From a virus (Duplodnaviria; Caudoviricetes), in the IMG/VR virus record IMGVR_UViG_3300028048_000038, positions 128,001 through 192,000 of that record: DNA of 64,000 nt, one strand, 5' to 3'. The position numbers and the translations under genes were made by a program. Shown here in pieces: positions 17,675 through 26,949 of this stretch. Within the stretch, counting starts at the first letter, position 1. Each line of letters starts with the position of its first letter. Below the pieces are notes generated by a model that searched no databases, was not told where the DNA came from, and was given only the letters and a program-made list of their open reading frames with translations.

Positions 17675-17902
17675 TCATAACGTTTTATGTTTTATTAGGT
17701 TTTTTATTAATACAAATGGCCAGAATGCGATGAATCCCAAAAGTAATAATCCAACCATCCCTCTTTCAATTGGTTCATCATTCTCGTCTGCTCTCTCATA
17801 TTCCTCTTCGTAATCACGCTTGAACCAATAAAACGATAATACGAATCCAATAACACAATATGAGACAACTAGTAAAGCTTCTATTCCCATAGCTAATATC
17901 AA
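17675..17902 (-). CDS. small membrane protein
   Basis: Two hydrophobic segments. Confidence 0.55.
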   Translation of the reverse strand: MILAMGIEALLVVSYCVIGFVLSFYWFKRDYEEEYERADENDEPIERGMVGLLLLGFIAFWPFVLIKNLIKHKTL

Positions 17903-17916
17903 AATTTCTTTTATTG

Positions 17917-17990
17917 CAGAGGTGGAGGGACTCGAACCCCCACTAATTCGGTTTTGGAGACCGACTGACTAACCAATTGCCGACACCTCT
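17917..17990 (-). tRNA. tRNA-Trp (CCA)
   Basis: TCGGT CTCCAAA ACCGA; G73. Confidence 0.88.
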
Positions 17991-18113
17991 ATATCTTCTT
18001 TTATCCACCATATACTGCCATGAAGACAGAAAAGGCAAATATTAAGCAAAATATGAAAATTGATTTACAACATCCACAGCTATCCTTCCTACAATCATAA
18101 TTATTCATTTCTC

Positions 18114-18776
18114 TTATCTATATTTAAATCCGTTTTTAGTGCAAGTAGCCATGAATTCATCAACGTCTCCCATTGAGATATCTATTGGCTTTGAATTATA
18201 TTCTTCTTCAAGTTCTTTTTCAATTTCATCACTATCCTCATGCCCAAGTTCCCTTGTTTTAGTATCAACAGCCTTTAAGATTGATGGTATTCTATAATCG
18301 CCATGCATAATCTTTACCATATTTGAATAATGTTCTGCAAGACAAGGCTCACTGCATGTCACAAATAATGGCTTTGCTGATTCCAAACCACGCTCAATAT
18401 CATAGCAATCTGGTATCTCCACATGATATCTGTTCTTGGCAACACCAACAACTGTTATCTTCTCACCATATTTCTCAAGTATCGCTTCTTGAAGATGAGC
18501 ACCCAATCCCTTTGTCAATGTCTTTCCATCCTCAGAAAGCCATACAAAGCCATCTACCATGATAAGGGTAATGTCCTTAAGTGGTAATAGTGTCAAACAC
18601 TGCATAATGCATGGAAGCTCACGCTTATAGAGTTCACCTGGTTTATAGTCAGCATCAATACACATCCTCTTGCTAGTGGCATAATATAAAACCTCCTTGT
18701 CATTCCATGACTTAAATACACCAGCTACGGTATATGAGTAACCGTTGTAATAATATGTATCAAAAGCAACTATCAT
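18114..18776 (-). CDS. endonuclease V-like (deoxyinosine 3' endonuclease) protein
   Basis: AFDTYY, YKPGELYKRELP, VDG and GVAK motifs. Confidence 0.8.
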   Translation of the reverse strand: MIVAFDTYYYNGYSYTVAGVFKSWNDKEVLYYATSKRMCIDADYKPGELYKRELPCIMQCLTLLPLKDITLIMVDGFVWLSEDGKTLTKGLGAHLQEAILEKYGEKITVVGVAKNRYHVEIPDCYDIERGLESAKPLFVTCSEPCLAEHYSNMVKIMHGDYRIPSILKAVDTKTRELGHEDSDEIEKELEEEYNSKPIDISMGDVDEFMATCTKNGFKYR

Positions 18777-18794
18777 TTTTTCTTCTTAAATTCA

Positions 18795-18864
18795 GTGTGC
18801 GGTGAGGAATCGAACCTCAATTGAGCTGTATAAGAACTTGTAATTACCATTATACTACCGCACA
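18795..18864 (-). tRNA. tRNA-Ile (UAU)
   Basis: AGTT CTTATAC AGCT anticodon arm; T arm TGAGG TTCGATT CCTCA. Confidence 0.65.
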
Positions 18865-18965
18865 AGAGACGAATCAATATATCTCTATAACTAGAACTGA
18901 TATATCAATTCATAGTGTCTCATTAAACGCCTTATGTGTTGGAAGAGTGGGACTCGAACCCACAT

Positions 18966-19355
18966 TCACTCCCATATTATTTCTGCAACAAATTCCTTTC
19001 GATTGCACAAACAATCAAACAAGCATCTACAAGAAATACCATCAGTAAGAAAAACAGAAAAACCAAAGTTCTTAAAATGTCCACTCACTGACTCATTTAA
19101 TTCCTTCAAAATGTCTTTCCTAGTGCCCTCATTAGAACTAAGTTTTTTAGGAGAACATGACCTTGGTAATGATATCTTAACTGACTTGCAGTTAAAATTA
19201 TTGTCAATCGCTGACTTGATTACACCTTCATACCTAGAAGAAATGTAGTCAATAATTTTATTGGCAACATTATCTACATTTGTATTCATTCTCTCCTTTA
19301 CTATATTGCTATACGATATAGCAACGTCTTTCGAAAACTTGTCTAACTCTCTCAT
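18966..19355 (-). CDS. hypothetical protein
   Basis: 129-aa ORF. Confidence 0.5.
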   Translation of the reverse strand: MRELDKFSKDVAISYSNIVKERMNTNVDNVANKIIDYISSRYEGVIKSAIDNNFNCKSVKISLPRSCSPKKLSSNEGTRKDILKELNESVSGHFKNFGFSVFLTDGISCRCLFDCLCNRKEFVAEIIWE

Positions 19356-19508
19356 AAATTATTATTTTGCGTATCTAAACGGATAACCACAATGATTACA
19401 TTTGAACACCTCACCATCGGCATCGATGGCCTTGCTAATGTCAATCTCGGTTTCCTTTCCACATTTCGCACATTTAATCTTATCCATATAGTAAATTTTT
19501 TTAATAGA

Positions 19509-19790
19509 TTAGTCTAAATATCCATGTTCAGCAAGATACTTCTCACCTTTCTTCGTTGCACGATATTTTACTCTCACAACTTCGCCATACTTTCTCCTAT
19601 ACTCTTTTGTACGGTATGGATGTCTATCGACAATCTTCTCAATTATAAAGTCTCTCTTAATCAACGTCTCAATTGAAAAATCAATACCATAATGAGATAT
19701 TGTCTTAAGATATGGCAAATCACTTATTTCGCTATATGTCATTGGTGTCGCATGGATGCTAGCCAATATTTTCTCTGTTATTTCTAACAT
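19509..19790 (-). CDS. hypothetical winged-helix-like protein
   Basis: 93-aa ORF ending in YRATKKG..YL wing motif; promoter near 19818. Confidence 0.55.
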   Translation of the reverse strand: MLEITEKILASIHATPMTYSEISDLPYLKTISHYGIDFSIETLIKRDFIIEKIVDRHPYRTKEYRRKYGEVVRVKYRATKKGEKYLAEHGYLD

Positions 19791-20088
19791 GTTATTCGTA
19801 GATTACGTTATTATGATGCAAAGATACGAAAAAAAAATGGAACAACCAAATTTTTTAAGAAAAATTAATATCATCGTTGCTAAAAATAAGCATAATAACG
19901 GCAAACCATGAACCTAATGAGAATACTATCATATTAAATAAATCTTTAGCATCCTCAAACATACGACCATTATAAGCTTTATTTCTAACTTTAAATTCAT
20001 AATAGTCACTTGTACCCCATATAAACGCAATTAAGCATCCTAATATATAAAATACCCAAAAATTCATAACATTTCCTTTCTTCCATTG

Positions 20089-20161
20089 AGCCTCGTGAGG
20101 GATTCAAACCCCCGACATTCACATTACTAAAGTGACGCTCTATCAACTGAGCTAACGAGGC
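20089..20161 (-). tRNA. tRNA-Thr (AGU)
   Basis: GCCTCGT/ACGAGGC acceptor, loop TTAGTAA. Confidence 0.8.
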
Positions 20162-20162
20162 A

Positions 20163-20444
20163 TTAATCTTCAATTTTTATCCATTTCAATTTATCTGAAG
20201 TTACAACACTTTCACAACCATCATAATCTCTAATAAAATATGTATCGCTTTCAATTTCTTTAATAATAGGTCTTCCATGTTTATCTTCTGCCTCAAGACC
20301 TAATTCTTCAACACATTCGACCAACTTATTATCATGCCTAGTTTTAGGATGCTCTAAATTATGTTTTTTAAACCATTCTTTTACTGGTTCCGTCCATATA
20401 GAGCCACCAAATTTTGTATTGATAACTACTTTATGCTTCATCAT
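20163..20444 (-). CDS. hypothetical phage protein
   Basis: Likely start MMKHKVVIN; GG, RHD, YDG.E motifs. Confidence 0.6.
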   Translation of the reverse strand: MMKHKVVINTKFGGSIWTEPVKEWFKKHNLEHPKTRHDNKLVECVEELGLEAEDKHGRPIIKEIESDTYFIRDYDGCESVVTSDKLKWIKIED

Positions 20445-20462
20445 TTTCAATTTTATAAAATG

Positions 20463-20586
20463 CGGTGACGTGTGGACTCGAACCACAGACCAACGGATTA
20501 ACAATCGACATTCATAATCTGCTGTGGGTTACGCACACGAGGTAACACGTGAATTTACGCTGCTCTACCAACTGAGCTACGTCACC
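20463..20586 (-). tRNA. tRNA-Asn (GUU) interrupted at 29/30 by a 51-nt ACAGCA-stem insertion (20507-20557)
   Basis: Canonical acceptor, D and T arms; removal gives GCGGA TTGTTAA TCCGT; insert has GTTAC/GTAAC-CC-ACAGCAG. Confidence 0.8.
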
Positions 20587-20595
20587 ATGTAAAAA

Positions 20596-20727
20596 GGGTA
20601 CATAAAACCAACATTTCAACCCCTCCAGTTTATTTAATTCTCTTTGCGGAGGGGGTGGGAATCGAACCCACGTTACACAAATTGACAGTCTGTTTGAAGT
20701 GTAAATTTATACTTGCTGTGTGTACCC
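20596..20727 (-). ncRNA. circularly permuted tRNA-Asp(GUC)-like RNA clamped by ACAGCA stem (D arm lost)
   Basis: GGGTAC-AC-ACAGCAA, ACAGA CTGTCAA TTTGT, T arm, CCCCTCC-G, linker, GGAGGGG, GTACCC. Confidence 0.75.
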
Positions 20728-20862
20728 ACTATTAAAATCCAAAGTAACCTTCCCTGATATCGAACCTTTGGCACACCATTACAGACTGATGTGTTCTGTT
20801 CTAGATTCCTCACCATACAAAATTACGTCTGTACGTCTATTATATGATTTCTCCTAGCATCG

Positions 20863-20945
20863 AGCTGGGGACAGGATTCGAACCTGCGAGGGCTTTCGCC
20901 TTTGGGTTACAAAGCCAACCTATTCAACCACTCTAGCACCCCAGC
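20863..20945 (-). tRNA. tRNA-Thr (UGU) with long variable arm
   Basis: G1:C72 and C2:G71, loop TTTGTAA, V arm GGC GAAA GCC; a Tyr (GUA) reading is less well positioned. Confidence 0.7.
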
Positions 20946-21112
20946 GATTATTTCTTTTTTTTCTTTTTCTTTGACTTATAACCAATATTCAATAATTCCT
21001 TGTCTAAGTCAGACAGCACATATAAGCTGTTCTTCAACTTGGACTTGATAATCTTGTGGTTAAAATCCACAATATCTATTTTATTCTGTTTACGTTTCAT
21101 ATATTCTTTTTG

Positions 21113-21194
21113 TGCATCGTGTAGGACTCGAACCCACGTTACTGTTACCAGTACAGATTAAGAGTCTGTTGCATAGCCTCTCTGCCAACGATGC
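21113..21194 (-). tRNA. tRNA-Lys (CUU) with long variable arm
   Basis: ACAGA CTCTTAA TCTGT; V arm ACTG GTAA CAGT. Confidence 0.8.
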
Positions 21195-21396
21195 ATATGA
21201 AAACTGCCAATCTTATCTTTCCTCCCAGTCTTTACACGTACAGTCAAAGAATTCGTCCGTAGACATTCCAAATCCGTGTTTGTCACACCATCCAGCGTAC
21301 ATTTCGTCTTCACCATATAGACACGAACAACACGCTTTTGTGATGTATTTGGCTGGAGTTAATTTTACTTTTTTATCCATAATGTATTTTATTTTG

Positions 21397-21486
21397 TCCT
21401 CCGTGTTGGAGTCGAACCAACCACACTCGCTTTAAAAGAGCGATGTTCTTGTCTCTTTCGAGCACTCACCGATGAACTAACGGAGG
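21397..21486 (-). tRNA. tRNA-Lys (UUU) with hairpin inserted in the D loop
   Basis: TCGCT CTTTTAA AGCGA; D loop contains CTC GAAA GAG. Confidence 0.75.
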
Positions 21487-21497
21487 TTAGAAATCAG

Positions 21498-21571
21498 TGC
21501 GCCCAGAGGGACTCGAACCCTCGACCCCGAAATTAAAAGTTTCGTGCATCTACCATCTGAGCTATAGGCGC
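21498..21571 (-). tRNA. tRNA-Lys (UUU)
   Basis: CGAAA CTTTTAA TTTCG. Confidence 0.88.
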
Positions 21572-21576
21572 ATATG

Positions 21577-21648
21577 TGCTCCCATAGGGACTTGAACCCT
21601 AAACCCTCGGCTTAAGAGGCCGCAGCTCTACCATTAAGCTATAGGAGC
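21577..21648 (-). tRNA. tRNA-Lys (CUU)
   Basis: loop CTCTTAA, canonical arms. Confidence 0.88.
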
Positions 21649-21754
21649 AATTATCTATATCTTATTAATAACACTCCTAGCCCAACGGTGTTGGTAGCCA
21701 ACAGAGTGTTACTTCTGTTTCTTACGTTTTATGCACTTTATCTTTTTCATATGT

Positions 21755-22051
21755 TTATTTATGTTTTCTCTTATAATTCATTATTTCAAATAAAAACCTT
21801 TCTCTCTTTTCAAGGCAATCTTTCTTATATTCTTTGTATCTCATGATAACCACTATACCATCAAGTGCCGTAATAAAGAAGTTAAAAACCCCAAATATTA
21901 TTCTGCCAATGACAAAACAATATATCGTGTTAATTAACATACTAATGGACACAATTGCCCATCCAATATACTGCATTTTCTTATTTCCCCAAGTAAGCAT
22001 CAAACCTACGACAATGATAATAAACGAAATAAACGGTATTGCTTCATTCAT
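21755..22051 (-). CDS. small membrane protein
   Basis: Three hydrophobic segments. Confidence 0.55.
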   Translation of the reverse strand: MNEAIPFISFIIIVVGLMLTWGNKKMQYIGWAIVSISMLINTIYCFVIGRIIFGVFNFFITALDGIVVIMRYKEYKKDCLEKRERFLFEIMNYKRKHK

Positions 22052-22071
22052 AACATTAATCTGTTTTTATG

Positions 22072-22160
22072 CGGAGGGAGTGGGATTCGAACCCACGTGC
22101 CGTTTCACCGACCTAACACGTTAGCAGTGTGCCCCCTTACGACCTCTTGGGTATCCCTCC
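22072..22160 (-). tRNA. tRNA-Ser (GCU)
   Basis: Long V arm, G73, loop CTGCTAA. Confidence 0.9.
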
Positions 22161-22272
22161 ATAAAATCAGTTCCTTACATTCCACTATCTCGTACAACTG
22201 TAGCTAGCTAGCCTTGATGAATGATACCGACTCTCTCGTTGCCTACGATAACTTCTCTAGGTGGTTTATTTC

Positions 22273-22551
22273 CTAGCGTTTCCTTCTAGAACGATTATAT
22301 CTTAAACATTTGACATACCTATAGTTTATTTCATATTTGGTATGCTTTTGTTCCCATTTTCTTGTTTCTAAGTTGTATCTATGTGATATTCCATACACGA
22401 TGAAACAATCTCCTAAGATTTCAACTTTTGTCAAATGATTGTCATACTTTTCCTTTTCGCTGTGCTCTTTATAAATCTCAATCCAGCGAGGGTCTTCAAT
22501 TGGTTGATTCCATCTTAACCATTCAAATTGTTTCCTAGTCATATTTATCAA
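22273..22551 (-). CDS. hypothetical protein
   Basis: 92-aa ORF. Confidence 0.5.
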   Translation of the reverse strand: MINMTRKQFEWLRWNQPIEDPRWIEIYKEHSEKEKYDNHLTKVEILGDCFIVYGISHRYNLETRKWEQKHTKYEINYRYVKCLRYNRSRRKR

Positions 22552-22570
22552 CCGCCACCAACTATATTTA

Positions 22571-22960
22571 TTACACCCCTAATGTTGGAAGGGTAGCTTT
22601 TCTAATCATTGTTGGTAATAGTTCCCCACAAGAAACAAAACCAAACTTACTGTAGAATCTCTTCAAGTCACTAACAGTTTTGTGTGCCTCATCACAGTTG
22701 CCTCTTGGCATTGGATGGCATAACAAATACATATTGTGCTCTGGATACAGTTCTATTGCTTTACGAATAAGAGCACTTCCAATACCTTTGTTGGTATGCT
22801 CATTAGATGTTTCAAGTCGAACAATTTTTAATAGTTTATCACCATTGCATCTGTCTTTATATCTCTCGTATTCAATATCATCAGATAAAACAATTGCTCC
22901 TAAATAAACATCATTTTCATATGCAAAAATAGTTTTACAACTTTCTCTAAATGTTATCAT
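22571..22960 (-). CDS. GNAT-family acetyltransferase
   Basis: NKGIGSALI acetyl-CoA motif A and FYSKFGF motif B. Confidence 0.8.
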   Translation of the reverse strand: MITFRESCKTIFAYENDVYLGAIVLSDDIEYERYKDRCNGDKLLKIVRLETSNEHTNKGIGSALIRKAIELYPEHNMYLLCHPMPRGNCDEAHKTVSDLKRFYSKFGFVSCGELLPTMIRKATLPTLGV

Positions 22961-22987
22961 ATTCTGATTATGTATCAGTTAAAATTG

Positions 22988-23073
22988 CGGAAGCAGAGGG
23001 ACTCGAACCCCCAAGCCGTTTCACCGACCAACTGTTTTCAAGACAGCCCGACTACCAATTATCACATGCTTCC
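22988..23073 (-). tRNA. tRNA-Ser (UGA)
   Basis: Long V arm, G73, loop CTTGAAA. Confidence 0.9.
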
Positions 23074-23075
23074 AG

Positions 23076-23151
23076 TGGTGGAGAAGGAGGGACTCGAACC
23101 CTCTAATATAGCTTGCAAAGCTATCAGTTTAGCCAGTTAGCCTACAACCCC
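23076..23151 (-). tRNA. tRNA-Ala (UGC), CCA encoded
   Basis: G3:U70, loop TTTGCAA. Confidence 0.82.
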
Positions 23152-23283
23152 AAGCAATGCACAGCAGCAGTATCGTTGGCTTAGTGCTTCCTTACGGCTA
23201 GGTGAAACAGTTTCATATCATTAAAAAACCTAGCAAGTCATATGTACATCTTTGACTTTTTTCTTGAGACCCACGTCTGGGAG

Positions 23284-23366
23284 TGGGGGCTATGGGAATC
23301 GAACCCATCTTCTATGCTCACCTCAACAATGGCATAGCACACTATTTACCAGTGCTCTCAGCCTCC
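23284..23366 (-). tRNA. tRNA-like gene with 14-nt anticodon loop
   Basis: Acceptor GGAGGCT/AGCCCCC, T arm, CTATGC-N14-GCATAG. Confidence 0.5.
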
Positions 23367-23386
23367 TAATTGCGTTTGGGATATTT

Positions 23387-24151
23387 CTATAAATTGTTTA
23401 TATATTCAATCAAATCTTTTTTTCTCCAAGGGAGATTGTTTCTATAACACCATTTTTGAAGCGCTTTATCTGATACATTAAATTTTTTACTAGTGGCAGT
23501 GAATGATTTTAGTTCTTTGAAAGAAGTTAGAAAATTTTCTTTTGTTAAATCTTTTAATTTTCCGTTATTTTTACTTTCAATATATGTTATACCATTTTTT
23601 CTTAAAAATCTTTTGAGTGTTGTTAGTCCAACAGAATATTTCTTTGCTATATCAGCTTTTTTTATCCTATTAGTTATATCGTTTTTTATTTCTTCAATAT
23701 TTAAAATAATTTTTTTATTTTTTATCTTAATATTTTTATTTTTCTTTTTAGTTTTAAAAATGGCTTCGTTTTCTATTTTCTTTTTATCCCTTTCCAATAT
23801 TTTCCTTTCTCTTTCTTCAGCGTGAATTTCCCTGTGGCAATTTGCACATACCATTATGCATTTATCCGCTTCAGCCTTTAATTTTTCGAAACTCCTTGTA
23901 TCGCCACAAGAAACACCAAAATCCTTTTCATCTGGATTAAGATGATGGAACTCTAAAGCATCAATGCATTTATCATATCCGCATCTTTCACATTTGCCGC
24001 CTTTATATTCTACTAATTTAATTTTATTCCTACGTCTTATATCAATTACAGCGTCTTTCCTACATTCTTTACATTTGTAAGAACCGTTTGTTTGCAAAAC
24101 GTGTTCTGTTAGTCCGTGTTTAGGACATTCTTTGATAATTGTTTTATCCAT
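23387..24151 (-). CDS. HNH homing-type endonuclease
   Basis: CERCG...LEFHH...CANCHREIH. Confidence 0.85.
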   Translation of the reverse strand: MDKTIIKECPKHGLTEHVLQTNGSYKCKECRKDAVIDIRRRNKIKLVEYKGGKCERCGYDKCIDALEFHHLNPDEKDFGVSCGDTRSFEKLKAEADKCIMVCANCHREIHAEERERKILERDKKKIENEAIFKTKKKNKNIKIKNKKIILNIEEIKNDITNRIKKADIAKKYSVGLTTLKRFLRKNGITYIESKNNGKLKDLTKENFLTSFKELKSFTATSKKFNVSDKALQKWCYRNNLPWRKKDLIEYINNL

Positions 24152-24224
24152 AATAAAATACTCTTTATTATAAATATAACAAAAATCTTTAAATTAACAA
24201 TAGATGTTAATCATTTTTTTTTTG

Positions 24225-24296
24225 CTGGAACGGAGAATTTCGAAATCTCGACCCCTTGTTTAACAGACAAGCGCTCTGCCTCTGAGCTACGTTCCA
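24225..24296 (-). tRNA. tRNA-Asn (GUU)
   Basis: CTTGT CTGTTAA ACAAG; G73. Confidence 0.88.
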
Positions 24297-24307
24297 ATTT
24301 TTTTTTG

Positions 24308-24384
24308 TAGGGTATGAGGGAATCGAACCCACGAAACCTCTTGTTTGTAAGACAAGCGCTCTAAACCAACTGAGCTAATACCCT
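24308..24384 (-). tRNA. tRNA-Val (UAC)
   Basis: CTTGT CTTACAA ACAAG. Confidence 0.9.
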
Positions 24385-24390
24385 ATATTG

Positions 24391-24466
24391 TGGATGCAAT
24401 AGGATTCGAACCTATGTTTGTTACCAATCACACGGTCACTCCCCAAAGGAGTCCTTACACGCATCC
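24391..24466 (-). tRNA. aberrant tRNA-like gene
   Basis: Acceptor and T arm intact; D and anticodon regions replaced by other hairpins. Confidence 0.45.
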
Positions 24467-24562
24467 ATTTAAATAAACAAGCAAGGTTTATACATAAAGC
24501 CTACTTACTGCCAGATGACAGTGGAGTTCGCTGTTAAACAGTCCCTCTTTTGCTTGTTTTTG

Positions 24563-24635
24563 TGTGAGAAGATGGAATCGAACCACCGTTGTCGTGGGGC
24601 TTCAACCCACCGCTAAACCTCTCAGCTACTCCCAC
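24563..24635 (-). tRNA. tRNA-Phe (GAA)
   Basis: GTGGG TTGAAGC CCCAC. Confidence 0.85.
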
Positions 24636-24757
24636 ATATGGGGTTGGAACTCTTGCAAGATATATAGTCTTATCTCAGCACCTTTAAGCTTCGGAATATC
24701 CGCATCGTGTCGATTCACTTCTAAACTCTACCTCCAACTATATAAGTTCCAACTTTG

Positions 24758-24834
24758 CAGCCCCAATGGGATTCGAACCCACCTGGTTGAACACTGTGAC
24801 AGAGTGACGGACACACCTAGCATCCCCTGAGGCT
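24758..24834 (-). tRNA. tRNA-Asp (GUC)
   Basis: loop CTGTCAC, G73. Confidence 0.8.
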
Positions 24835-24852
24835 ATTTTGAAAATTTATACG

Positions 24853-24925
24853 TGGAGGTTCGTGCTGCTGCCGCACGTCCTGATGATTTTCAGTCATCCG
24901 CTTCTACTGAGTTAGCTTAACCTCC
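24853..24925 (-). tRNA. tRNA-Phe (GAA) with non-canonical T loop
   Basis: GATGA CTGAAAA TCATC; T loop GGCAGCA. Confidence 0.75.
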
Positions 24926-24936
24926 GAATATATGGA

Positions 24937-25275
24937 TTACGCAAATATGTAATCCCTTATTTTATCGAGTAATGACTCTTTTTCTTCTTTTTTATCTTCT
25001 GTGTCTTCATCCTTGAAACCGAAGTTCCTAAGAAACTCTCTAAAGTCGTTTTCTTCCTCTACAAACTTCTTATTTACCTCAACTGTGCTTCCACTAGTCT
25101 TGTCCTCTACAAGTTCCTCTACGACCTCGAAATGAAGCATGAAGTCCTCTGACTTAACACCTACTGAATCAACAATCCAATAGTTTGCATTCACCATATT
25201 AGCAAGGTATGTCTCTCCCTCTCTGAATGTGAGGCCGTGACCTTCAAACCTCTCTATACATACTGCTACTTTCAT
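24937..25275 (-). CDS. hypothetical protein
   Basis: Likely start MKVAV downstream of promoter near 25294. Confidence 0.6.
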   Translation of the reverse strand: MKVAVCIERFEGHGLTFREGETYLANMVNANYWIVDSVGVKSEDFMLHFEVVEELVEDKTSGSTVEVNKKFVEEENDFREFLRNFGFKDEDTEDKKEEKESLLDKIRDYIFA

Positions 25276-25354
25276 TTCGAACACAATTTTTTGCAAAGAT
25301 ACTAAAATTTTTCTTATAATCCAAACTTATTGGGTTAAGAAAAGTTAAGCACAC

Positions 25355-25398
25355 AAAAAAAAGCTGCTAAAGACTTTCTTGGAGTTCTTCAACAGCTT
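25355..25398 (-). terminator. intrinsic terminator
   Basis: AAGCTGTTGAAGA...TCTTTAGCAGCTT followed by a U run on the minus strand. Confidence 0.7.
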
Positions 25399-25752
25399 GG
25401 GAAATATATAGTGAAGTAAGTGCCTAGATTTTCTTACATCTTATATTTCAGTATAACCGCATAGCTGTTGCTTGACCCCTGTATCAAAATTAGATACAAT
25501 GGCATCATTCCACTTACTTGATGTAAATGAACTAGCATTGGCTTTGACGATATTTTTAACTACTGTAATCATAATATAAAATGTATTGATTTTTTTCTAT
25601 AATTATATACTTAATTTTAAAAAGTTTCGTTTTTGACGAATTTTTTTGGTATTTTTTCTTATTTTTTTAGTTTCTTACTTCATTATAAGCTTCTAACATT
25701 GCAAAGATATAGATAATTTTTGAGAATTCCAAATTTTTTGAGAACTTTTTTT

Positions 25753-26115
25753 TCATTCACTTAAAGCAGCTTCCCATTCAGCTTTCATCATTTCCTCATA
25801 AGCATCTGCTTCATCATCTTCGCAATCACTGTCTGTAATTACAGATAAATGTTTGATGGTTTTCTTAGTGCCATGTTTAATTGCATATAAATCATGGATA
25901 CCCCTTAACTTGATTCTTCTATTACAAGTATATCCATCGACTGTTCCACTAACCCAACAATCTACTCCGAAAGCATTGGTGAAACAAAACTTAACTTTAT
26001 CGCCCTCAATAGCTTCATACTCGTTAGTATTTTTATTGAACAACTTACCATCTTTTACAACTAAACATTGCTCAAATACATTGAGAATAAGTTTCTTATT
26101 TATCTCTATAACCAT
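25753..26115 (-). CDS. hypothetical protein
   Basis: 120-aa ORF. Confidence 0.6.
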   Translation of the reverse strand: MVIEINKKLILNVFEQCLVVKDGKLFNKNTNEYEAIEGDKVKFCFTNAFGVDCWVSGTVDGYTCNRRIKLRGIHDLYAIKHGTKKTIKHLSVITDSDCEDDEADAYEEMMKAEWEAALSE

Positions 26116-26139
26116 AACATTCTCCTTAAAAAAAGTGTG

Positions 26140-26213
26140 TACACCCAGTAGGACTCGAACCTACAACCCCATGCTTCGTAGACAAGTGCTCTAATCCATT
26201 GAGCTATGGGTGC
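26140..26213 (-). tRNA. tRNA-Arg (ACG)
   Basis: loop CTACGAA, A20. Confidence 0.88.
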
Positions 26214-26218
26214 ATGAA

Positions 26219-26509
26219 GGAAGCGTAGGTTTATTCTAGTTGGAGATTCAGCTATTACGATGAGGGCGATATTTCAAGGTTGACTCCACAACTCCTTGCG
26301 AAGATGCTTCAACGTCTCTCGCCTATCCTACACTCACATGCCTTTGCTACTATCTTCACAAGAGTAATACGTTACCTCAACCCTTTGCCTAGTGTGATTA
26401 AAGATTAGAGAGGTACGCTTACTGGTTGCCTTTGCAAGTGTTTAATTGGAAACCTCTAAAATCAGCAATCGTTAGTAACAAGATGATTAAGTACATGCTG
26501 TACGCTTCC
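26219..26509 (-). ncRNA. large (291 nt) ACAGCA-stem RNA with non-tRNA cargo
   Basis: 5' GGAAGCGT-ACAGCAT ... 3' ACGCTTCC. Confidence 0.6.
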
Positions 26510-26542
26510 ACTATGTTTTGTGTCAATTGCGACAAAAGAAAA

Positions 26543-26693
26543 AGGAACGGTCAATTTATTGTCATGACTAGACATTCGCTCCGAAGAGCATAGATAAGTG
26601 CCTCGCAATTATGATTTAGTGCTTCGCTTATCCTCATTTACGAATCTAATTAACAAAATGCTTTTAAATAAGTAAATGCTGCTGTACGTTCCT
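26543..26693 (-). ncRNA. 151-nt ACAGCA-stem RNA with non-tRNA cargo
   Basis: 5' AGGAAC-GT-ACAGCAG ... 3' GTTCCT. Confidence 0.6.
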
Positions 26694-26868
26694 ACTGATG
26701 CAGCTAGGCGCAACTGGGCATCCTAGATACATATTTTTGACCTCAACTTAACCATAATCCCCACGAGTTAACATCGGAAACTCATAGTGTGGAGATAAGC
26801 AAGAATCGAACACTGCTTTGTTGAATTTACCTAATCTCGGTCACTGAAGCGGACTCGAACCGCATTCG

Positions 26869-26949
26869 TGATGGGACTGGGACTCGAACCCAGATTCCTT
26901 TCGGAGCCAGTTTAGAAGACTGGTGCATTATCCATCCTGCCCTCCCACC
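26869..26949 (-). tRNA. tRNA-Arg (UCU) with long variable arm; 5' end overlaps the endonuclease stop
   Basis: CCAGT CTTCTAA ACTGG; V arm TCC GAAA GGA. Confidence 0.8.
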
